A stretch of DNA of 64,000 nucleotides, from positions 51,212,001-51,276,000 of the forward strand of contig OX597815.1 of NCBI GenBank assembly GCA_951406725.2, written 5' to 3'. Made by a program: the position numbers and the translations under genes. The notes under the pieces were generated by a model. It saw nothing but the letters and a program-made list of their open reading frames with translations, was not told where the DNA came from and ran no database searches. Shown here piece after piece: positions 53,969 through 64,000 of the stretch. Each line of letters starts with the position of its first letter. Within the stretch, counting starts at the first letter, position 1. This DNA comes from Octopus vulgaris (lineage: Eukaryota).

Positions 53969-54866
53969 TTTTTTCTTACAACTTGAATGAGAGAGGTAGA
54001 AGAAACTGAGAATAGTATTACCAGAGATAAGATATTTGTAATTGAAAGGCATTAAACTAACCAAGTACTAACAAAAGACAAAAAAAGTTTTTCTGATCCC
54101 CAACATCTGGTTTAAAGCTACCTCTTGAATACCCCCACATACACACTTAGCCAAGGAGGCCTTTTTCCTTTTACCTTTTCTTGCAAGTTACTGGACAACC
54201 TCACTAGTGCCAGTGGCATGCAAAGAATCACTCAGTACACACTGTAAAGTGGTTGGCATTAGGAAGGGCATCCAGACATAGAAGCCATGCCAAGTTGACA
54301 ATGGAGTACAACACAGCCTAGTGGCTTGCAAGATCCTGTCAAACTATCCAGCCCATGCCAACATCGAAAAGACAGATGATGATGTGGAGGAGGAGGGGGG
54401 AGGAAGAGATATGGAATAGTTTAGAATATGATACACTTTAAAATAGTCTGTTGTTGTTTAACCCAGATTGAGTAGTTTCCATCACCAGAAGCATTCCAAC
54501 TATAACCATCTCATCCTTTACTTTTCTATATCAAGGAATACACTGTACAATATTTCCCTCCATTTTCGAGAGAACAGGGTGTAATTTCCGAGAATTTGGC
54601 AGCTGCTTCTAGCAGTTTGAGCAACTACTTAAAGGCTCTCCATTTGGTTCAATTTCTCATGGCTTTTACAGTAACGTGTGAGACAGATTGATGGATCAGT
54701 GTGAGAATCAAATAAAACAGGGTTACCACCAATAGAGTTTCAGATAATCTTTGATTCAGAGTCAAGAGATTTGTGCTAAGTAAATGTTGGTAATGTGGAG
54801 TTAAGATCTTTTAAAGCCAATAGCTGTGGAGATAACATGGGTGGTTCCAAGAGATGCTGAGTAGAC

Positions 54867-54871
<5 letters not shown>

Positions 54872-54949
<78 letters not shown>
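54872..54949. repeat. (GA)n microsatellite
   Basis: Read directly. Confidence 0.97.
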
Positions 54950-54953
<4 letters not shown>

Positions 54954-55247
54954 TGGAACATTGAAATACACCTGAGTTGATTAGATGAGCATTCCAGACT
55001 GAGTGGCTACTTTAAAGGTAGCTTTTGATGAACAAGCAACTTTAGTAAAAAGGTCCAATGGTGGAGACTGATAATGGTTTTCTTTACCAAATCTGCAATG
55101 ATTATAGCAAAGCATATTAACCAGAGAAGGTTGTTATGCAGTTTTGAGCTACACATGTTACATCAGCATGGAACAAGTGTAAAAACTGGCAGTGATGATA
55201 GAATATAGTACTTTATTACTATAGTAACAAATACAGTTGTCATGTTC

Positions 55248-55314
<67 letters not shown>

Positions 55315-56290
55315 GCACTCCTCCAGACAGGCACATATCCATAAATTCTTTCTATTTGATTAGTTTATCAATATATTAACAGATCTGATTGATAATCAAT
55401 TTGTTATCTTGTTGGCCTTTATTTCAAGTATGCCTGTTCCTCTCACCCAAAATTAAACTTTGGTAATCTTTAGTTGTTTGGTATTTTTCCAATATTTTTA
55501 TTGTATTGTATTGACAATTTTCTATATCAGATGACCTATCTGCAAGCAAAATATTAGAACTACAAATATTACACATCCTGCTGGTTCGATTTCATTTTGA
55601 AAAGCATTTTTGTTGTTGCTTTTGTTTTATTTTTTTGTTTGTTTCTTTTCTGGTATCCCAGCTTTGAGATACATGAGAAGCATCTGGATCAATACAGCAA
55701 TAGCTGTGGTTACAGAAACTGTGCTCGACTGTTTGATTTTAACTTTAATAATCTTCATCCTACAATAAAGTACTAAAAATGTCAAAATCTTGCTCTACCA
55801 CCACCACCATCCACTGTAAAACTTAAAACATTCAAAGGTTTTTTAAAATAGAATTGTCCAGGACTTTGTTTACTGAATAAAATGCCAAACTGTATCACAA
55901 TGGATATCTTCAGTTCTTGGTTCATTGTCAAGTTCTGGATTCTCAGATTCTCATTTGACATAGCTATGATGACCTCTATTTCACTGAAATTGCTTATTTT
56001 AACCACGTTACAAATTTTCTTCCACTTTTCTTCTCTTCCTCATGTCCATTCTCCTTGTTTTTGAGATATAAGTAACCAAATATGATTATAGAACTCAAGT
56101 CAAGTTCTCTCGAACCCAGTTCCATAAGTGTTTCCTTCCAAGGATGCACTTATGTGGTTGCTTGACTAGCAAGGAATAGCAGCCAAATCTCCCTCAAATC
56201 ACACCTTATAGCATAAAGAAGGATAAGATACATTAGACAATGTATCCCTATAATCTTCTAAATGACAGAATGGTCATTCATGGTCAGAGT

Positions 56291-56534
56291 TCCTTCTTGA
56301 GCCATACCAGGCTCATAAGGGCCAGCTTCCCAGTTTCAGTGGCATAGAAATTCCCCACCTGGACTGGACACCAGTCCATCACAGGATTACTCATTTTTGC
56401 CAGATGAGTGGACTGGAGCAACGTGAAATGAAGTGTTTTACTCAAGAACACAACGCATCACACAGTCCAGGAATTGAAACCGCAACCTTACAATCATGAG
56501 TTCAACATCCTAACCACTAAGCCATGCACCTCCA
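56291..56534 (-). mobile_element. SINE family D, tail type 3 (V-domain-like), with a 12-bp TSD
   Basis: TSD CATGGTCAGAGT at 56279-56290 and 56535-56546. Nested in a family F copy. Confidence 0.85.
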
Positions 56535-56957
56535 CATGGTCAGAGTGCTTTTCATCACTCTGAACTGACTTCAGTGAAAACCTTCAGTCTCTGGTGTATT
56601 GTTATGCTATATCCTGTTTCTGCTCTTTACACCTTACTGCACCTATTTTTCTTTCACTTAGTCTATTTTTCTCAAAAGTTCAAAGTAAGCATGCAGCACT
56701 CCTCTCTCACATGTCTTACAGAACTCACTTCCCTTCAAATGAAGCAAAATTACTTTAACCATATAGCATTTAAATTTTTCTCTCATATGTAATGCTTCTT
56801 TATTCATATTGTTTTCAATTAATCATGCATTGTCTTGTAGATTCTAGATTTTGACAATGTGATTGTTTGTTTTTAAAATAACATTGTAAGGTAGGTGTGG
56901 GAAGCTAGACCTGGACAGTTTCAACATAAAACAAGGTAGAATATTTGGGCCGGGTAT

Positions 56958-57357
56958 TACTTGTTTCAGTCATTAGACTGCTGCCATGCTGGGGCACCAT
57001 CCTGAAGAATTTTTATTCAAATGTACTGACCCCGGGACATATATTTTAAAGTCTGTTACTTATTTTATCAGTTTCTTTTGCCAAAACTACAAAGTTACAA
57101 AAATGTAAACACACCAGTTCTAGTTGTCAAGTACTAGTTGGGGGGAACAAATACACACACTGATATATATACATAGACATATATATGATAGGCTTCTATC
57201 AGTTTCCATTTACCAAATCTACTCACAAGGCTTTGGTTGGCTTGTGGCTAGAGTAGAAGATACTTGCTCAAGGTGCCCCCCCACACACACACACAGTGGG
57301 ACTGAGCCCAGAGTCATGTGTTTGGTAAGCAAGCTTCTTGCCTCACAGCCATGGCTG
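56958..57357 (-). mobile_element. SINE family B copy
   Basis: Reverse-complement homology to 14995-15369. Confidence 0.78.
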
Positions 57358-57516
57358 TAAAACCTTTCCTGTAACTAAATCAATGCCCTTCATACAATAG
57401 TTTTCTGTTTTGAAGATAATCTTTGCTAGTGTTCAAATATGTAATGTTGGAAATTGAAACATGAATCATAAATGCTTATTGAAAACGGTCTTACAATAAA
57501 CTTACAGAATCCAGAT

Positions 57517-57855
57517 CAGTGGTTCTCAACCATATTTTATCTATAGACCCCTTTGATTACTATTCTATTCGGTGGACCCCCAGAACCATTCAATGTTTAA
57601 AAACTAGTTTTACAAATGCTCCTTACAAAATTCCTTTTTTGCTTTTCTTAATTAACTTGTGTAGGTTAAACAATGTAAAATGTTAGAGAAAGAAATCTTG
57701 CTGTTTCTTGCAATATATACATCTAAAGCAAAAATTTTTCACGGACCCTTAATATATTTTTGTGGGTCCCCTATTTACTATTTTGCTCACATGGACCCCT
57801 TTAAAATCTTATATGGACCAACAGGGATCATATAGACCCCAGTTGAGAACCACTG
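57517..57855. mobile_element. hAT/Charlie-type MITE
   Basis: Perfect 14-bp TIR CAGTGGTTCTCAAC / GTTGAGAACCACTG, internal GGACCCC repeats and a degenerate 8-bp flank (ATCCAGAT / ATATCGAT). Confidence 0.85.
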
Positions 57856-59950
57856 ATATCGATAAATAATTTAATTTCAGGTATTACAGGTGAAAATCAT
57901 ATTCGTGTTCTTAACTATCTATAATAGTTTCAACTGCTTTATAAGCCCATACATAAACAGCTTTTCCTTTCTGTATTTGAATATTTTCATAACAAGTCTG
58001 AAGGTTTGCTCATTATGGAGTATCATTATTAGTTCATTCATTTAGTAATTACACAAATACTATTTCAAACAATAATCTTTTCTGCATTGATCAGATGTCT
58101 GTGTGATGATCTGCAAATGGATTCCTTTATAAATAGAAATAAAAAGCATTTTGTCTTTTTGAAAAAGAATAAAGTAGCATTGAACACATGAGATTTTTTT
58201 GATTTGTTATTTTTAGACAGAGAGGATTGTTGAGTATCTTTCAAGGTAAAATTACGACACTTGCACAGAACAAAAAATAAAACAGAGACAGATATGGTGA
58301 CTGGGAAAACTAATGTGAAAATAAGTATTGCCAAATTAACTGGATGTGATGACATTAAATTGACTAGATATAACATCATTACTTTTTAAAAGGAAAACTT
58401 TTTCCAAAGAATTATCATCATGGCATATAGTTATCAGTAAAAATAGAAGTGAAGAGAGACATAAAACAAGTAAAATAAATCCTTTTAACATTAATAACTA
58501 ACTGAAAAAAATGGAAGATAAAAGTACTTTCCAAATATTTAACTTAAATTTTGTTGAGATTACCAAAAACTAGGATATAAAAAGAAGTAAATAAAGAACA
58601 ATTACTGCATTGTGAAGAAAGACACACATCAGACATATTTAAGATGACAAGCACTTCATAATCAATACTTTGAGACAATTCAAATACCCTTGAATTTAGA
58701 TGGAAGACTTTTCATTTGTTGACAGGTAATTCAACTAAAAATAGTCATTAAGAATACCTGAATCCATCACTGTCATTTGAAGCGTGGAAAATAGTCCTGC
58801 AATGAATACATTTCCTGTTAGATTTCAGAAAAGAAGTTGCTTTTATTAATGTTGTCAGTTCCTACAGATAGTTTGACACTTGCTGAAAGTTTGTCTTGAC
58901 ACTTTTGAGCAACAGCTTGACATAAATTTAAAACTCAAGATTGTAAAGTGTTTGTGCACAAGAATGAATGTGCTGCATGCATGTACATCAGCAAGGTTTT
59001 AATATATGTCAGATGTAATAAATATCAAGAAAAATGAGATTCTGATATATATATATATAAAAAAGACATTAGAAGAAGTAATTTACAATCAAATGGTAAA
59101 CAGTGTTTTATAATTTAGATGAAACATAAATGTAAATAGTAAGGTCTAAAACAGGTAGAATATGACAGGATGTAATCAATATTTTGATAAATATTTTCTC
59201 AAAAAAGAATGCATAATAATAATAATAATAATAATAATGATGATGATGATGATGATGAATGTTAGAAATTCTTAAAATCTCTAATTCTTCAGTATTCAAA
59301 TTCACATTCTCCTAGAAATTTAAGAATGAGAATATTTAAAATTTCTTTCTCTACTTTGGAAACAATTTTCATTTTCTTATAAATAATTTTGTCCAGAATT
59401 TGTTAGAAGGAGAATTCTATTTACTATATTGTTTTAATATATAGATGTATATATAGCTAAAGGGAGTGAAATTTGAGGAGATTTTATTACTCACTCAACC
59501 TACTACACATCAAGTAATTTACTCCTAAATTATTATCACCTTTAATATTAAGGTCACATGCAAGGCAACAAGATGGCAGAATTGTTAGCATGCTGGACAA
59601 AATGCTTAGCAGCATTTTGTCCATCTTTACATTCTGAGTTCAAATTCAACTGAGATTGACTTTCATCCTAACAGAGTTGATAAAATAAGTAACAGATGAT
59701 CGTTGGGATTGATGCAATCAATTTACCCCCTCTCCTGAAACTGCTGGCTTTGTACCACATGGTCACATGCTGGTCCAGAGATCTATTATTGAGAAATAAA
59801 TAAGGTAGAACAAAACCCAGAACTATAAATTTTTATAATGGTTCAATGACCAGAGTATAGAATTGAAAAGCAGCTTTGAGGGATATCATTCTGAATATGA
59901 ACCCTACCATGTTGATTTATCACTGTTTCATCTGTTTTATTTACATATTT

Positions 59951-60450
59951 CATCATCATCATCATCATCATCATCATCGTTTAACGTCCATTTTCCATCT
60001 GGCATGGGTTGGACAGTTTGACTGGGGTCTGGGAAACCAGAAAGCTGCACTAGGCCCCAATCTGATCTGGCAGTGTTTCTACAGCTGGATATCCTTCCTA
60101 ATGCCAACAACTCCAAGAGTGTAATAGGTGCTTTTAAGATGCCACCGGCACAGGGGCCAGAGGAACTGGCATCGACCAGGATCAGATGGTGCTTTTTACG
60201 TGCCATGGGCACAGAAGCCAGTCAAAGCGGCACAGGCATCAACCACATTCAGATGGTGCTTTTATGTGCTACTGGCATGGGAGTCACAACTACAATTTCC
60301 ATTTGATTTGATTTTGATATTGATGTTGATGTACTTAACTCAATAGGTCTCCTCAAGCATGGCATGTCACCCTACAATCTAAGGTACTCTTGAGCAGGCT
60401 GGTTATGCGGCACTGGTGTAGGTTACAGCTGTGAACACACTTTATTTGCT
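59951..60450 (-). mobile_element. RTE 3' UTR fragment
   Basis: (CAT)n followed by 'cgtttaacgtccattttccat'. Confidence 0.85.
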
Positions 60451-60825
60451 GATAATTTATCATTTCATCTATTTTATTTATTATCTTTTATTGTTGAACA
60501 AAACAACTCCAGTACTTATATTTTTAAAAGTCTGATGACTTTTGCTGAACTTTTAAGTTACAGGGATGTAAACAAACCAACACTGGTTGTCAAGCAGTGG
60601 TGGAAAGACAAATACAAACACACACACACACACATCAGGTTTCCACACAGTTTCTGTCAAACAAGTTCATTTTCAAGGCATTGAGCATTCAGAAGTTATT
60701 GTCAAAGATTTTTGCTTTATCTTTTATATTTATTTTCTATGATAATAGGGTGGTAAGTTGTTTTTTTTTGCTTGTGTAACTGTTTTTCTATTTCCATTTT
60801 TGTTTGTGGCTGTATGTCCTAACTG

Positions 60826-61045
60826 TGAAGGTGCATAGCTTAGTGGTTAAGGTGTTGGATTCACAACCATAAGATTGTGGTTTTGATCCCTGGACCAGGC
60901 AATCTATTGCATACTTCATTTCATTTTGCTCCAGTCCACTCAGCTGGCAAAAAATTAGTTTAGCTTAGAGAGGGGTGGGCTCCACCAGGCTTTCTTGCCC
61001 TAGACGCTGCATGACTGCAGTGCAGTAACAATTCCTAAGGGGTTA
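60826..61045 (+). mobile_element. SINE family D head with tail type 4
   Basis: 'gaaggtgcatagcttagtggttaagg...ttgctccagtccactcagctggcaaaaa'. Confidence 0.65.
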
Positions 61046-61655
61046 AGAGACTTGCCAATTGTCAATGTATGTCCTAACTACAACTAGCCCCATCCACCTA
61101 TGTAATGAGAGTGGACCCTCTTCTTTCCAAGCCAGCAAGTCAAATAAAAAAAATATAAAACCTTTAGTCAGACACACTGTACACTGACTTTTGTCAGACA
61201 AACTAGAGAAAAAGCTGCCCTGAAGCATGGCAGGCTGACCATTGCTAAAATTTGAAATCTTTTATGAAATCTTATTACATTTAGATTGAGAAAATGATAC
61301 AGAGAACTACTCTAAACAATGTCATCTACCATGCAATATCATGCTACTCCCTGTGACAGTTGTTTCAACAGGAGTATCCTGTAATACAAAAGTAACTGGG
61401 TTAAAGCACTGGAACTACATCCAAAGAGCCAAGTGAATTAAGCTGAAAAACTGTTGGGATGTCTAATGAGTGAACAGCTATAATGGGATGTATGTAAACT
61501 AATGATGGATTTTCAGGAAAGAAATTAGGACTGATCCGAAAATAATCCCTGGTCTTATGAAGGTATTAGTAAGAAGTTTTGGTATTCAGCTGCATGTTAA
61601 TAATCACAGGTGTTATAAGAGAAAATTGGCTTTTTACAATTCATGAATAACAACA

Positions 61656-62066
61656 GGCACAGGTGTGGTTGTGTGATAAGAAATTCGCTTCCCAACCACA
61701 TAGCTCCAGGTTCAGTCCCACTATGTGGCACCTTGGGCAAGTAACTTCTACTATAGCCTCAGCTGACCAAAACCTTGTGAGTGGATTTGGTAGATGGTAA
61801 CTGAAAAAAGCCTGGCGTATGTATATGTGTGTGTGTATGCCTTTGTGTCTGTGTTTGTCCCGACCATCAACATTTGACAGCTTGACAACTGGTGTTGGTG
61901 TGTTTACATTCCTGTAACTTAGCAGTTCAGAAAAAGAAACTGATAGAATAAGTACTAAGCTTAGAAACTTAAGTCCTGGGTTCAATTTGTTCAGCTAAAA
62001 CCCTTCAAGGTGGTGCTCCAGCATGGTCATAGTCAAATGACTGAAGCAAGTAAAAGAATAAAAGAA
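61656..62066 (+). mobile_element. SINE family B, full length
   Basis: Homologous to 14995-15369, with an (AAAAGAAT)n tail. Confidence 0.85.
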
Positions 62067-62095
62067 AACAATATACATCTAACAATTTTTTTTAC

Positions 62096-62101
62096 TTTAT
62101 T
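62096..62101 (-). terminator. Polyadenylation signal AATAAA of the MRPS16-like gene
   Basis: AATAAA on the minus strand, 45 nt downstream of the stop codon. Confidence 0.65.
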
Positions 62102-62146
62102 TCATGAAAATTCTTGCACAAAAAAGATAAAAAATGATTGTGGAAA

Positions 62147-62274
62147 TCATGAGGAAGGTTCAGATTCTGCTGAGTCTTTGCTGGCATTCTTTTCTGCTTC
62201 TTCTTGCTCCTTTTTCCGTCGGGATGCAGCTGATATCACAGATCTTGGATGTATTGGTAAAAAACCACTCAAGC
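62147..62274 (-). CDS. MRPS16: Last coding exon of mitochondrial ribosomal protein S16 (bS16m)
   Basis: Acceptor 'ttttatttcctcttag', then phase-1 exon (G)LSGFLPIHPRSVISAASRRKKEQEEAEKNASKDSAESEPSS*. This resembles the human MRPS16 C-terminus ([25 protein letters not shown]) as I recall it. Upstream exons were not found in the window. Confidence 0.82.
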
Positions 62275-63604
62275 CTAAGAGGAAATAAAATGCCAAAGTA
62301 AAGATTACTTGGTATAATAATTTTCAAAAAACTGAAAGGAAAAACATTTTGCATTATAACTATTTTTGAGAAAGCAAGTTTTTTACTGCTCTAAGTCCTT
62401 ATTACAAAAGTCTTTTTTATAGTCTACAGTTGTTTTAGGCACATAATGATATACGATATAGTCTCAAAGTCTGATTTTTAACTCTTCCTTAAGCATATGT
62501 TGAATTCCATAGATAACACCAGTAGAAGTCAATTAAGTGGCATATATTCAGCCTTATACATCAGTTAATTTTTTCCAAATTTAACTTCTTGTTTCAACAG
62601 TTATTTGAGCAATTTCACACATTTATCACTACATTTAGCTAAGAATGGCTAGAATTGTTGACAGAAAACCTTTAAACCTGATTTCAAAAGGAAATTTTAA
62701 ATCCTATCATTTTACATGTGACAAAAAAAAAAACATAAGGCAAAATAGTATCATTATATTTTGTTTGGGGTTTTTTTCTAACTGGTTCAACTAGGTCAAA
62801 TTAACGGCAAAATACATGATTAATATAAATGAACATTAGAAGATATATTCATAGAATTGCATCATAGTCCTCAGCAAAATTATGCATAAAATTACAAAGA
62901 GTAAATTTCATACAACATTTATCATAGAAATTTGTAAAATGCCATCAAGATATCTCTTTGTAAATTTCTCTCAAACACAACTTAATAACTTTTGAATGCT
63001 TTGAGATTGAAAATATTATAAACTGGGTTATTTTAAATTAATTTGGGAATTAAACTATTCCTTTTTAAAGAAATCTTTTTCGATCACCAGTATTAAGATT
63101 AGAAGCAAAGCTGTCATCTGATATCATTTAAGAAAATCAATATCCTAACAGTAATAACTACTTTTAAACATCACTTAAAAGGAGGCAATATTGTTAGTAT
63201 GAATGGGTGGAAGTTGTGAACCAATCACTGTTATAGTTTCATATCAACAGATACAGTAGAATCACTGTGTCTGTTGGTGACTGTTGGGCTTTAAATATAA
63301 TGCGCCATAATGGTAATTGGTGGAATAACATTATATCTTTTACAGTTTAACTTCGTTGTAGCTAAAAACTGCAAAATGCTGAAGCAGGAGAACATCCTGT
63401 TCAAAAGAATTGATTTTTACATGGTTCTTTTTAAATAATTAAATGGGCAAAGATTTAAAATGATGAAATAAGTTTTAATAATTTGTTCCAGTGAAATAAG
63501 TTGTGGATGTCTACCAGGAAACTAACACTGTCTCTTGCCTCTCCGACTGACTAGCAATCTGAAATAAAGCACATACTGATATTGACAAAGGAGTTAGTTA
63601 TGGG

Positions 63605-63642
<38 letters not shown>

Positions 63643-64000
63643 TATTGTTATTTTATTGGTTATATTTCCACAAAACTGGTATTTAGTCTTCTAAAATTTA
63701 CTCAACTAGTTTACAAAAGAAATAAAAAATAAATAAGTTCAATTTCAGGGATATTTTTGAAAATAATTGTCTCTAACTAGTCATGAAATTCTATTGATTC
63801 TCTTTGTTTTCTTACCCAAGGTGCACAAACAGAGAAGCAACAAATTAAACACACAGAAACACTTTTACATTGTGTGTTTGTTGAAAGTGGACATTGTTTT
63901 GTCAGGTAGGGGGCATTTTCATAGTCTGTAATAGAATGAGTAATAGAATAAAGTGTACATAGCTGTTGGTGTACTTCAGACTGGTGGTGGTAGTGGTGGT

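Noticed and set aside
62010-62354. Listed ORFs 62010-62288(+) and 62160-62354(-)
   Set aside because: They are antisense or off-frame shadows of the MRPS16-like exon.
63780-63860. Upstream MRPS16 exon ending at a minus-strand GTAAG donor
   Set aside because: The translation (LLLCLCTLG) does not resemble the expected S16 sequence, so the exon probably lies outside the window.

Overview
AT-rich eukaryotic genomic DNA with dense (TA)n, (CA)n, (GA)n, (AAT)n and (GAT)n microsatellites and many nested transposon fragments. The repeat landscape resembles an octopus or other coleoid cephalopod genome; this is inference from recall, not a search. Nearly all ORFs in the supplied track are microsatellite or repeat artefacts. 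The only host gene I recognise is the last coding exon of mitochondrial ribosomal protein S16 (minus strand, 62147-62274), which the ORF track missed. A possible plus-strand gene start sits at 19.0-19.4 kb: an RFX-like box and two duplicated 'GCCATG|GTGAGT' first exons. Mobile elements include many RTE-clade LINE 3' fragments whose ORF2 has a PHD-like finger inserted downstream of the YADD motif, several tRNA-headed SINE families, a decayed mariner, hAT- and piggyBac-type MITEs, and a Penelope-like GIY-YIG fragment. The most notable signal is a set of unrelated short non-autonomous elements that each carry a minimal type I hammerhead ribozyme of the Penelope kind. One is a tRNA-headed SINE with a 14-bp target-site duplication (24784-25075); another is a 130-bp inverted-repeat element (5922-6427). 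This suggests a Penelope-mobilised, ribozyme-bearing SINE/MITE system. Each ribozyme copy here has at least one probably damaging substitution, so activity should be tested on family consensus sequences. Boundaries of decayed repeats are approximate.
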